A stretch of 64,000 bases of DNA. Origin: a bacterium. GTDB taxonomy: Bacteria; Hinthialibacterota; Hinthialibacteria; Hinthialibacterales; Hinthialibacteraceae. Numbering within the stretch: position 1 is the stretch's first letter; each line of letters opens with the position of its first letter. The stretch lies in NCBI GenBank assembly GCA_963662285.2, contig CAXXMV010000008.1, positions 256,001-320,000 of the forward strand, written 5' to 3'. Both the position numbers and the translations under genes were made by a program. Positions 37,606 through 47,484 of this stretch are shown one piece after another. The notes under the pieces are model-generated. The model had not been told where the DNA came from and did no database searches. It saw only the letters and a list, made by a program, of their open reading frames with translations.

Positions 37606-38241
37606 TCAAACCACAAAAAAGTTATCATGTCCGGGAACCACTATATCGGCTATTTTGGCGATTTTATCGATGGAGCGGCGCGCTTCACGGGGGTTATCCG
37701 CTTTTTCCGATGGTTCACGGTTGTCGAAATGATCGAAGGTCAGCACGGCGTCTCCCGCAACCAGCACCATCCCTTCCCTGGTTTCAAACATCAACGATGC
37801 GGAGCCGCGGGTATGCCCTGGAGTTGAGACGAACTCAACGCCGGGTAGATGATGATCCTCAATGGGAATGATGCGGGCCAGCAGATCGCGTTCCTCTTCA
37901 GGGGTTTGTTTATTATTTAATCTGAAGCGAATTTCTGCGCGGGACATTAACCAGACTGATTTGGGAAACAACAAATGACTCTGCCAATGATGAAGATGAA
38001 AATGGGTGAAAAAGATAGTATCAATATCTTCCGGTCTGAGTCCGCTTCTTTGAAAGAGGATTGTGCGAAACTCTTCGTGGCTGGTTAAGCCGGGATCAAC
38101 CAGTATCCGGCGGTTATCTGTTTCGATGAGAGTAGTAGTGCATACCTGACCCCGGTATACCTGATCTTCTCCCCAATAAATATTTCTATTGAGGTATCCG
38201 ATATGTATTACTCTCCAAGTTGGATTCTTCATAAAACGCAT
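37606..38241 (-). CDS. MBL-fold metallo-hydrolase
   Basis: ILVDPG, THFHLHH, TPGHT, VAGDA, VPGHD. Confidence 0.88.
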   Translation of the reverse strand: MRFMKNPTWRVIHIGYLNRNIYWGEDQVYRGQVCTTTLIETDNRRILVDPGLTSHEEFRTILFQRSGLRPEDIDTIFFTHFHLHHWQSHLLFPKSVWLMSRAEIRFRLNNKQTPEEERDLLARIIPIEDHHLPGVEFVSTPGHTRGSASLMFETREGMVLVAGDAVLTFDHFDNREPSEKADNPREARRSIDKIAKIADIVVPGHDNFFVV

Positions 38242-38441
38242 CCATTCGATAACTACTTTGAAATATTGAAAATAATTCTAGCCCTTTTCGATGTAAGTTC
38301 AGAGAGTTAAGAGGTATTGATATCAATATATAAACAAAAAAAATCATAATAATTAAAAACAAAAATTCAGAAAAAAATTAAAGTTATAGTTCTATTGGTC
38401 GATAAGTGATAGTGTAGGATTCTATTTAATCAGGAAAGATC

Positions 38442-38627
38442 ATGGAAACCGGGGCTCTATCTCAAGCATTAAATTCTCAAGCGTTAATGGGAATGCTGGT
38501 AGTGAAGGTCTTGGATCAAACCCAGGAGATGATAAAGCAGCAGGCCGCCCTATTATCTCAGCAGGCGATGCAGGTTCCTGTAGTTACCCCGGATGGAGTC
38601 GGAGAGAACCTGGATGTAGTCGCTTAA
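38442..38627 (+). CDS. YjfB-like small protein
   Basis: VKVLDQ.QE...QQAALL...GVGENLDVVA pattern; AGGA RBS. Confidence 0.6.
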   Translation: METGALSQALNSQALMGMLVVKVLDQTQEMIKQQAALLSQQAMQVPVVTPDGVGENLDVVA

Positions 38628-38646
38628 GATTAAGTCCCCCCCCCTA

Positions 38647-39282
38647 TTAACGTGAAAAAAGCCGGTCAGATGCAGCGTTTTGCACTGCGCTCCACACATC
38701 ATCTAATTCCGTTTGAGCAGAAATTTTGATTACCCGATCAGGCTCCTGCCTGGCAATTTCCAGGAATCCATCTCTTACTTTTTGCATGAATTCAACTGCT
38801 TCAGATTCAAAACGATCCTTAAAGTCCTCTTTTTCCTTAACTTTACTCGCTCGGGAAAGTCCTGTTATCACATCAATATCCAACAGAATAGTTAAATCGG
38901 GGATGCGGTTTTGGCAGGCGAAGCGGTTAATACTGGAAATTAATTGAGCATCAACTCCCCGGCCATATCCCTGGTATGCGGTGGATGAATCGCAGTGTCT
39001 ATCGAGTATAACTGATTTATCCTGAGCCAGTTGCGGCAGGATCACTTCTTCCATCAGTTGGGCGCGGGCTGCTTCGATGAGCAGCAATTCAGCTTGAACC
39101 GTGAGGGGGCGTTCGGCGTTGAGAATAATTTCCCTTAATTTTTCTCCGATTACGGTTCCACCGGGTTCTCTGGTGCGGAACGTCTGAAGTCCTTTTTTTT
39201 GCAGCCACTCATCCAAACGCTCCGCAATGCTGCTTTTCCCCGCGCCTTCAATTCCCTCTATAGTGATAAAAAAACCCGGCAT
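38647..39282 (-). CDS. tmk: Thymidylate kinase
   Basis: FITIEGIEGAGKS, REPGGT, LDRH.DSS.AYQG, DRFE. Confidence 0.95.
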   Translation of the reverse strand: MPGFFITIEGIEGAGKSSIAERLDEWLQKKGLQTFRTREPGGTVIGEKLREIILNAERPLTVQAELLLIEAARAQLMEEVILPQLAQDKSVILDRHCDSSTAYQGYGRGVDAQLISSINRFACQNRIPDLTILLDIDVITGLSRASKVKEKEDFKDRFESEAVEFMQKVRDGFLEIARQEPDRVIKISAQTELDDVWSAVQNAASDRLFSR

Positions 39283-39296
39283 ATATCACGCCTTCC

Positions 39297-40295
39297 TTAC
39301 ATCGCCACTTTTTCCACAGTTGGAACGTTTGCCAAAATCTCATCCAGAATGCGGTCGGTGGTTTGTCCTTCAGCTTCACCTTCGAAGTTAAGGATTATCC
39401 TATGACGGAGCGCAGATTTCAAGATGGACCGGATATCATCGAAACTTACATTGTAGCGGTCATCGAGCAACGCCTTGATTTTTCCGGCCAGAATCAGAGA
39501 TTGAGCGCCGCGCGGACTTGCGCCGTATCTAACATATTGGTTGGTTGCCTCGATAGCATATTCGGCGCCGGGATGGGTGGCGAGGACGCAACGCACCGCA
39601 TAATCGCGTACATGAGTGGCGATGGGTACTTCCCGGCATAGAACGCGCATCTCTTTTACCTCGGAACTATTCATAATCACTTCAGGGCTAGGTTCTTCCC
39701 GGTCAGTCGTCCTTTTAAGAACTTCCGTCAACTCTTCTCTGGTGGGAGATTCAACTATTAATTTGAGCAGAAAACGGTCAACTTGAGCTTCCGGCAGTGG
39801 ATAGGTACCTTCCATTTCCAGTGGATTCTGGGTCGCCAAGACTACAAAAGGCTCTTGTAGAACATAAGTTGTTCCACCAGAAGTAACATGATGCTCCTGC
39901 ATTGCTTCGAGCAGCGCTGACTGCGTTTTGGGCGTAGCGCGGTTGATTTCATCGGCTAAAACGACGTTGGAGAAGATGGGACCCTGTTCAAAACGAAATT
40001 CACGCCGACCGTTATCAGTTTGATCGATGACATTGGTGCCGATAATATCAGCCGGCATCAGGTCGGGAGTGAATTGAATTCGCGAAAAATTCAAATCCAA
40101 GGCTTGTGACATGGTGCGCACTAAGAGAGTTTTCCCTAATCCAGGGACGCCCTCCAGGAGAGCATGACCACCGGCGAACAGGCAAATCAAAGCGCCGTCA
40201 ATAATATCCTGGTTGCCAACAATTACTTTGCCGATCTCTTTACGGAGGTTAGTAAAGCGTTCCCGGAATTGCTGCGTACGTTCTTCAACATTCAT
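39297..40295 (-). CDS. MoxR family AAA+ ATPase
   Basis: EGVPGLGKT, RIQFTPDLMPADI, DEINRATPKTQSALLEAMQE, GTYPLPEAQ.DRF. Confidence 0.93.
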   Translation of the reverse strand: MNVEERTQQFRERFTNLRKEIGKVIVGNQDIIDGALICLFAGGHALLEGVPGLGKTLLVRTMSQALDLNFSRIQFTPDLMPADIIGTNVIDQTDNGRREFRFEQGPIFSNVVLADEINRATPKTQSALLEAMQEHHVTSGGTTYVLQEPFVVLATQNPLEMEGTYPLPEAQVDRFLLKLIVESPTREELTEVLKRTTDREEPSPEVIMNSSEVKEMRVLCREVPIATHVRDYAVRCVLATHPGAEYAIEATNQYVRYGASPRGAQSLILAGKIKALLDDRYNVSFDDIRSILKSALRHRIILNFEGEAEGQTTDRILDEILANVPTVEKVAM

Positions 40296-40586
40296 GGCAG
40301 ACTCCTAGATTAAGATAATTAAGTGGTTTTTAATAATAACGCGCATATTCGCGATAATAAACAAACATATTTTGATAATCACTCTAATATTAATTTTTTA
40401 ACGTTTGATATCATGATAAGTATACAGATTATGCATTATTTTGGAGAGGTTTTAGTAATAACGTTATTATTAGTAATTCAAAAAACATGAAAAATGATCT
40501 TTTTGAAGTCCAAAAGTGATTAGAAACCAACAAAATTATGGTTCATCCAAGAAATGAATACTTTTTATTTAGGCAGAATCAAAAAA

Positions 40587-40748
40587 TGTCTGAATCTGGA
40601 TGCCCAGGATGAAAGGATGCTCATGATGGGCGGCGTTATAATCTGATGTTATTCAAATAAAGCGAATCTGAATTTCTTGAAATAGAAAGTATGCCTATGA
40701 TGAAAAATCCTGGATATCCTGCTAATCCAGGGTATCATGATTCAGACA
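40587..40748. repeat. MITE-like element with TGTCTGAATC/GATTCAGACA ends and ~9-bp subterminal repeats
   Basis: Left arm tgtctgaatc tgga tgcccagga tgaaagga; right arm aatcctgga tatcctgct aatccaggg tatcatgattcagaca. Confidence 0.7.
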
Positions 40749-40798
40749 AGAAAATAATTTTAAAGTACTCAAATACGTGTTGTATCCTATTTGAAACA

Positions 40799-41902
40799 TC
40801 AACAGTTATATACAGTTTTCCGCCTACGTCCTTCAGCATCGGCGGCCATCATGGCGGAAAGGACCGCGTTGGTTGAAACGTCCGCCGCTTCCCGGTGAAT
40901 GAATTCCCCTTCGATGCAGGCGCGTTCGGCTGCAGGATGCAGTTCCTCCTGTGATGCATTTATAATCCCGATTTCTGCTAGCGTTGTCGGCAAACCAACC
41001 GATTCACAAAAGGTATACACCTCATCAATGACGGCTTTGGATTTATCGGTGAGAAACAGAGAGGTCAACACGCCAATCGTCACTTTCTCGCCATGATAGT
41101 AGTCGTGGGTCTGAGGCAGCGCCGTCAAGCCGTTATGCACGGAATGGGCTGTGGCCAGACCGCCGCTTTCGAATCCCAAGCCGCTAAGCAGGGTGTTGGC
41201 TTCCACGATATGTTCCAACGCTGGGGTAACCGCCCCCGCCTGGCAGGACGCTTTGGCTGCCACTCCGTATTCGAGCAGCGCGTCGTAGCACAACCGCGCC
41301 AAGGCGTAGGCGGTCATAGAGCCTTTACCGCCTGCTTCATTATTGGAAAACGACCGCTTGCAACTCTCCGCCTCGAACCAGGTAGCCAACGCATCTCCCA
41401 TGCCCGAAACCAGAAAACGAACCGGCGCCTTGACGATAATCTCTGTATCAACCAACACCAGATCAGGATTGCGGCGCGCAACGGTTGCATATTGCACAAC
41501 GCCCTCTTCGCTGTAAACCACAGCACAGGCGCTGCACGGCGCATCGGTTGAGGCAATCGTGGGAACAATGGCTACGGGGACGTTCAAGCGGTCTGCCGCG
41601 ATTTTACTGGTATCAATGGCCTTTCCACCGCCTACACCAACTACAAGGTCGCATCCACACTGTCGGCCTTTATCAATCAGCCGTTCAATCTCTTTCTCGC
41701 AACATTCACGGTTAAAGGATTCGGCTTCGATCTTCAAATTTCCAGAGGCTTGCGACTGAAAATCAGCCAACAGGTTTTCATAAGCGGAAGGAGTAAGGAT
41801 AGCCAATCCTTTTTTACCCAGGCGGGAGAGTTCATGCCCCAATTGGGAGAATGCCCTGTAACCTTGTACATAACGTCCTGGAAATATCGTTGTTGTAATC
41901 AT
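40799..41902 (-). CDS. gldA: Glycerol dehydrogenase
   Basis: FPGRYVQG, GVGGGKAID, PTIASTDAPCS, GLGFESGGLATAH..HNGLT, HGEKV. Confidence 0.92.
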   Translation of the reverse strand: MITTTIFPGRYVQGYRAFSQLGHELSRLGKKGLAILTPSAYENLLADFQSQASGNLKIEAESFNRECCEKEIERLIDKGRQCGCDLVVGVGGGKAIDTSKIAADRLNVPVAIVPTIASTDAPCSACAVVYSEEGVVQYATVARRNPDLVLVDTEIIVKAPVRFLVSGMGDALATWFEAESCKRSFSNNEAGGKGSMTAYALARLCYDALLEYGVAAKASCQAGAVTPALEHIVEANTLLSGLGFESGGLATAHSVHNGLTALPQTHDYYHGEKVTIGVLTSLFLTDKSKAVIDEVYTFCESVGLPTTLAEIGIINASQEELHPAAERACIEGEFIHREAADVSTNAVLSAMMAADAEGRRRKTVYNC

Positions 41903-41950
41903 GATGCTTTCTCCCGTTTATTGATCTTAGAAGATAAAGGTGATGCTGCA

Positions 41951-41998
41951 ATAAAAAGTCCAAAGCCCTGTGGATAATGGACTTTGGACTTTTTTATT
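41951..41998 (-). terminator. Terminator hairpin
   Basis: aaaaagtccaaag...ctttggacttttt. Confidence 0.7.
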
Positions 41999-42023
41999 AA
42001 TACAAAAACACTTAACCGTAACT

Positions 42024-42701
42024 CTAAAGTTCTTTGATGCGGATGTTGCGCCATTTGACCCAGGCCGGACTATCGCCTTTGAAAGCGTGAACTTGCAGAC
42101 CGATGAATCCTGATTTGGTTACGGAATCGGTGATATCAGCTATCGGTTCGCCATTGATCCAGGTTTTAATTGAATCTCCCTGACAAATAACGCGGTATTG
42201 ATTCCATTCGCCTTTTTTGAAAGCGCTATTGGCTTTGTCTTGATCGCAATGTTCAATATCAATCCAACTGGCTCGCCTGGCTTCATCGTAAATCAAGCCG
42301 GAGTTTCCAGCGGCTGCGATTTCGACTTGATATCCATGCACCCGGCCATCCTTATATACCTTAAAACTGTTGCTGCGAATCTGCACGCCGGAATTCAAAC
42401 GGTCGTCGACCATTACCTCAAACACCAAATCGAAATCACCGTAATGTTTGGTGGTGCAGAGAAATGAGTTCGGGCTGCCTTCGGCGGTTGTTCCCAGGAT
42501 GGTTCCGTTATCAACCACATATTTAGCAGTTCCATTGATCTGCTGCCAGCCGTTTAAGGTTTCTCCGTCAAACAACGAAACCCAGCCTTCACCGACGCCA
42601 ACATCAGACTTGACTTCAGTTTCAACAGTCGTGCAGGAACATGCCATTAATACAATAACCGGTAATGATAATAATAAACTTTTCCGCATAATAACCTCCA
42701 T
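42024..42701 (-). CDS. DUF1080 domain lipoprotein
   Basis: GWVSLFDGETLNGW, NSGVQIRS, GFIGLQVH, WRNIRIKEL; Cys-containing signal. Confidence 0.87.
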   Translation of the reverse strand: MEVIMRKSLLLSLPVIVLMACSCTTVETEVKSDVGVGEGWVSLFDGETLNGWQQINGTAKYVVDNGTILGTTAEGSPNSFLCTTKHYGDFDLVFEVMVDDRLNSGVQIRSNSFKVYKDGRVHGYQVEIAAAGNSGLIYDEARRASWIDIEHCDQDKANSAFKKGEWNQYRVICQGDSIKTWINGEPIADITDSVTKSGFIGLQVHAFKGDSPAWVKWRNIRIKEL

Positions 42702-42752
42702 TTTTTCGCCGCAATATTTATTGAATTTTTATCAATCAAAACAGGCAAGACA

Positions 42753-45056
42753 TTAAAACTGTATAGCCCATTTCATCTCGCCCGTCTTATCGTTGTGAAT
42801 CAACGCCCTTAGTTCACCAGTAGGAGTTATAACGGACGCGGTGCGGTCGGATGTTGAAGAAGTGACTTCTTTTATTTCCCATTCTTCCGAACTTGGAACC
42901 GCAATCCTCAATTCATATACCTCGCCGCCCATGACCTGCGAAACGCCTGAAAGAACCTTGTTATAAGCATCCCAGTTAACTTCTTGTAAGTCAATGCCGC
43001 CCTGGGTAATATGACGCGAAGTGCTGATAACCTGGGGTTGATCCTGAACCAGCTGAAGAGCAATGATGCGGCATGAAGTCGGATTAAGTTTGAAATCTTT
43101 GGATGTTGAAAATGGTTCGATGTATTGATTTTCCCAGAAGTCGAATCCAACATAGTCGCCTTCCAGCCCCAATTTTTTCAAATCAACGCTGATGGTATCG
43201 GTGTAATCTTCATCCCAGTTGAATAATCCGACGATTTCCCGTTTGAGGTGCCCTTCCCCGATGGTTAAATGCCAAATCTGGGGAATCTCGCTTTCAAACA
43301 GGTCGATAGGACGCGCAGCGCCCTTATGGTTGGGCAAGGTGCGTTTTAGGACGTCTAATTTTTCGTCCGGTAGACCCGGCAGCCATTCGCTGACGACATT
43401 CATCTGTCCGGTGATGCCTATCATTGATCCCCAGGCGCGCGCTTGATCGAGAGTAAGCGGATCGCGCAGCATCAGACAATCTGGATCATTGTACCAAACC
43501 CGGCCATGATAGAAATAAAGGTTAGAACCAAGCGCGGCGCATGGAACTATCTTATCCCATGCAGCGCCGATATCCCTTCCAACCCGCATACCATCAACCA
43601 GACCGAATGATGCGCCCATGGTTCGCATGTTCTGTGCGATATTGCAGCCCAGCAGAAATACATCATCTCCAGCGGCGTCGCGCACGTTTTCCAGACCAAT
43701 GCGGTAAGCTTCGATCTGGGTTTTTGATGGATCATTAAGAATCGCTTCACCTAACTGATCTGGACGGTAATCGGGACTGGGATAGAGGATTTTGGTTCCC
43801 ATACCAGACCATAGGCCATCTAATTTCAGGTATTTGTATCCCCAATCATTGGTTATGCGGGAAATGATTTCCCTGATAAACTTGCGGGTTTCGGGATTGG
43901 TATTATCCAGGCAATAGCCTGCCCAATAGACTTTGTTGATCTCGTTATCTTTATTCTTAATAAACCAGTCAGGATGCTCGGCCAGTACGGGGCATTCATA
44001 ATCCCAGGCGAAAGGAATCAACCACAGTCCGGCGGTAAACCCGCTGTTGGTGATGTTGTCCGCCGTCTGCTTCATTCCTGAGGGATAGGGGCCATCCGGT
44101 TTATGAGTGGTAAAATCGCGCCGCTCGCTTTTTGTTGATATCTGCCAGAAATCATCGATCTGGATGAAGTCGAAACCATAATCAGCTAGATTTTCTTCGC
44201 AATATTTGGCCAGTTCCGCAGTACGTTTTTCATCAGAGGCTCCAGCGTGATACCATGTGCAATAGCCGCTGGGTACTGGAGGCAGCTCAATATTATAGAA
44301 TGTTGCGATGGCGTCGGCGTATGCTTCAAGTCCGTCTAATCCATCATCGAATAATCCGATTACGAAAATCTCGCCATGACAAACACTATCCTGTTCAATT
44401 CTCAGTTTACCGTATTGAGTTTCAGCCTTTATCGAAATTACCTCATCATTCATATCACTGGAGACTATGCCGGAACCCCGCGTATGACTGATGTAACCGC
44501 ATACCATAGCGTTGCGCGTTTCTGTATGAACCACGGAAAGGAATGAATATGAGGTGCGTTTTTCATCAATGGATTGTACGCCCTCGCAGCCAAATGCGCG
44601 TACGGCGTATTGCGGATAGTCAAATTTCAGGTTGCCGGAAAAAGCTGCCACCGATTCGACGACAGCCGTCTCTTGATATTTATTAGCCAGGCTTGTCTGG
44701 CAATACACAAATGGCAAATCCTCATATACCGCCAGAGTTTCCACCCGCCCGGAAATATCAATTATCTCGATAGCGTATCCCGCGCCGAATTGATCATAGT
44801 TCTTAACTATACGGGCTTTGCCGGAACCTTGGCGCTCAAACAACCTGCCATGATTGATGAACTGGTTGTCGCCTTTGGCGATAGAAAAAGTCTGGTAAGT
44901 TTCATCATACGAAACTTTGAGCATGCCATTGCTTATTTCAAAAATTCCATCTGAATCAGAATAAGAAATCTGGTTCTCATCGCTTTGCGCAAAAAGGCAA
45001 GCGCACAAAACCACCAATGACGCAAATACTGCTGTTTTTAGAAATACAGATTTCAC
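42753..45056 (-). CDS. Secreted alpha-galactosidase (GH36-like)
   Basis: GYCTWY, IQIDDFWQ, GLWL.PF, YLKLD, RVGRD, WYNDPD. Confidence 0.85.
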   Translation of the reverse strand: MKSVFLKTAVFASLVVLCACLFAQSDENQISYSDSDGIFEISNGMLKVSYDETYQTFSIAKGDNQFINHGRLFERQGSGKARIVKNYDQFGAGYAIEIIDISGRVETLAVYEDLPFVYCQTSLANKYQETAVVESVAAFSGNLKFDYPQYAVRAFGCEGVQSIDEKRTSYSFLSVVHTETRNAMVCGYISHTRGSGIVSSDMNDEVISIKAETQYGKLRIEQDSVCHGEIFVIGLFDDGLDGLEAYADAIATFYNIELPPVPSGYCTWYHAGASDEKRTAELAKYCEENLADYGFDFIQIDDFWQISTKSERRDFTTHKPDGPYPSGMKQTADNITNSGFTAGLWLIPFAWDYECPVLAEHPDWFIKNKDNEINKVYWAGYCLDNTNPETRKFIREIISRITNDWGYKYLKLDGLWSGMGTKILYPSPDYRPDQLGEAILNDPSKTQIEAYRIGLENVRDAAGDDVFLLGCNIAQNMRTMGASFGLVDGMRVGRDIGAAWDKIVPCAALGSNLYFYHGRVWYNDPDCLMLRDPLTLDQARAWGSMIGITGQMNVVSEWLPGLPDEKLDVLKRTLPNHKGAARPIDLFESEIPQIWHLTIGEGHLKREIVGLFNWDEDYTDTISVDLKKLGLEGDYVGFDFWENQYIEPFSTSKDFKLNPTSCRIIALQLVQDQPQVISTSRHITQGGIDLQEVNWDAYNKVLSGVSQVMGGEVYELRIAVPSSEEWEIKEVTSSTSDRTASVITPTGELRALIHNDKTGEMKWAIQF

Positions 45057-45130
45057 TCTTTATTCTCCCATGATTATATATTAATGTGTCACTTCATTTT
45101 ACGATTAGAGTGGTTTTCATAATACCCGCT

Positions 45131-46381
45131 CTAGTTAATTTTTTTTAGAACGCATTGTTCTATGTCTTTGGCTTTTTCCATCAATGCGGCGCTTTCATCT
45201 TTCAATTCCTCATGCTCGCGGATATAAGCGGTAAGCGCATCGCCCAGAGTAACTTCAGTAGATAAAGAAGTATTGCGGCGCTGGTTAACAGCGTCACGCG
45301 GGATGCGGATGAATCCGGCTTTGTGGTGCGCCGGTCTCAACGCTTCATGGATGCGTTTCATATCTATAGATTGTATCTCTTTATCATCAGCCAGAAATCT
45401 CACCCGGACGACGGCGCCCTCAATATCTTCCGCTTCGATCTCTTCGATGATAGCTTCAGTAATGTCTTCGCCCGCTTCGGTTTGCACGGAAATTTCGATG
45501 AAATCGCGTACCTTAACTGGTATAAACTCTACATCTGAATGACCGCGTTTGATGCTGGCTATAACTGCGCCCTTCACTTCATCGGCTTCACCAAAATCCA
45601 CCCGGTCAATGCTGCCGGGATATACTACCGGGACGTCTTCATTGGAAGACAGGTTCTGGTAATGATGGATGTGACCCAGCGCGACATAATCGTAACCGGC
45701 GTTAGCCAGGTTGGCCGCAGTAATTGTGATATCATCGGTCATCAGCAGGGTTCCCCGGTAGCCGCCGACTTTAGCGCCATGCACTGTCAGGTGTGTAACC
45801 AGCATACGGGGCATATCTTTATCAACATCTTTCAACATTGATTCAACCGTATTGTTGATAAAGCCTTCGCATTGCTCCAGGAACTCTTCACGATCTAAAT
45901 CTTTAAACCCTTCGATGTTGCGCAGAAAGCTTGGGCTGATATAGGGAAGACAGCAGACCGCGATAGGACCGTTTTTGGTTTCTATAATAAGCGGCGTCAT
46001 AGTGGGCCGATTAACGAATACATGTATCTTGTCGGGACGCAGAGAACGAAAAATATCCACCGCTGAGGCCTTGCCATGCATTACGGGAATATCGTGGTTG
46101 CCGGATATCATCACCACAGGGATATCATGATCGACAAGACGGCAGAAATGCTTCACCAATTCACGCTGCTGAGTAGGAGATGGATTATTACGCTTGTATG
46201 CGTCACCAGCGAAAACGGCCATATCGACATTACGTTCAATTGCTATATCGATAGCCTGCTCCATACTGCGTGAAAAATCTTCCAACCGCGTATTAAGACC
46301 TGTTTTGGCATTGGTGATTCCATAAGTTTCTACCCCGAAATGCAGGTCAGCTAAATGTAGACAGGTGATGGCATCACTCAC
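45131..46381 (-). CDS. sbcD: SbcD/Mre11 family nuclease
   Basis: ADLHFG, AGD, SGNHD, YVALGHIH, YPGS..RVDFGE. Confidence 0.9.
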   Translation of the reverse strand: MSDAITCLHLADLHFGVETYGITNAKTGLNTRLEDFSRSMEQAIDIAIERNVDMAVFAGDAYKRNNPSPTQQRELVKHFCRLVDHDIPVVMISGNHDIPVMHGKASAVDIFRSLRPDKIHVFVNRPTMTPLIIETKNGPIAVCCLPYISPSFLRNIEGFKDLDREEFLEQCEGFINNTVESMLKDVDKDMPRMLVTHLTVHGAKVGGYRGTLLMTDDITITAANLANAGYDYVALGHIHHYQNLSSNEDVPVVYPGSIDRVDFGEADEVKGAVIASIKRGHSDVEFIPVKVRDFIEISVQTEAGEDITEAIIEEIEAEDIEGAVVRVRFLADDKEIQSIDMKRIHEALRPAHHKAGFIRIPRDAVNQRRNTSLSTEVTLGDALTAYIREHEELKDESAALMEKAKDIEQCVLKKIN

Positions 46382-46486
46382 GTTATTATTCCCCGAAATA
46401 TATTTTTATGATTCACAGGCAGAGACAGCGCCTGAATCGCTACTACAATGATACTCATATCATTGAATATAGGCCATAGTTGAAAC

Positions 46487-47476
46487 ATGCAAAACCAACG
46501 ATCTTTTCATCTTACCGCAACGCTGTCTCTCGCCATCTCAATTTTATTATGGGCGACGATTCCGCTGTTTTTACGTTCATTCATCCTTGAATTAGATGGC
46601 TGGACTGCCAATGGCTCACGCTATGGTTTCGCAGCATTATTGTGGATCATCCCCCTCATTGTGTTCATGAGACGAGGCATGGTGGATCGCAAGTTATTTT
46701 ATTACGCCATCATTCCTTCACTAGTAAACATGGTTGCCCAGACCTTCTGGGCGTGGACGGTATATTATCTGGAACCGGGCATGGTAATGTTTTTATCACG
46801 CCTGTCGCTGGTATTTACTGTTTTGGCTTCTTTCGCATTATTCCCCGATGAGCGGGCCTTGATACGTTCGCCTTATTTCTGGATGGGCATACTTTTTCTA
46901 GTTATGGGATTCATTGGCATGAATATCATGCGGGGAAACTTAAGCGCAACTGAATCATGGATGGGGCTGTTTATTATTATCGGTAACGCTATTTTTCTGG
47001 GTTTATATGGAGTATCAGTGCGCTGCTGGATGCGGGGCGTCAAGCCCTGGATATCCTTCCCCATAATATGCATCTACACAGCAATAGGCCTGGTTATCCT
47101 GATGATAATGTTCGGCGAACCCTCCGATTTACTGGACATGCAGTCCCACCGCATCGTCGTTCTGATTATCTCTTCTATCGTTGGCATCGCGCTGGCGCAT
47201 GTTTTTATCTATTACTCCATCGAACACCTGGGCGTATCCATCAGCAGCGGCTGTCAGTTGGTACTGCCCTTCATGACTACCATCGGTTCATATTTCATAT
47301 ACGGCGAGATATTTTCCAGCGGCCAATGGATATGCGGCATCGGCCTGTTATTCGGCGCAGCCCTGTTGCTAATGGCGCAAAGACACCTCGGAGAACCAGC
47401 CGATGCAGTACCGGTTTGCGAAGTACCTGAGATTGAAGAATTCACCTCTTCATTTAAGCAGAAATCAGAGGACTGA
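46487..47476 (+). CDS. DMT/EamA family transporter
   Basis: About 10 TM helices in two repeats. Confidence 0.85.
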   Translation: MQNQRSFHLTATLSLAISILLWATIPLFLRSFILELDGWTANGSRYGFAALLWIIPLIVFMRRGMVDRKLFYYAIIPSLVNMVAQTFWAWTVYYLEPGMVMFLSRLSLVFTVLASFALFPDERALIRSPYFWMGILFLVMGFIGMNIMRGNLSATESWMGLFIIIGNAIFLGLYGVSVRCWMRGVKPWISFPIICIYTAIGLVILMIMFGEPSDLLDMQSHRIVVLIISSIVGIALAHVFIYYSIEHLGVSISSGCQLVLPFMTTIGSYFIYGEIFSSGQWICGIGLLFGAALLLMAQRHLGEPADAVPVCEVPEIEEFTSSFKQKSED

Positions 47477-47484
47477 TATCATGC

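Noticed and set aside
40691-40876. 61-aa ORF containing NPGYPANPGYHDSD
   Set aside because: It reads through the repeat arm and overlaps gldA antisense.
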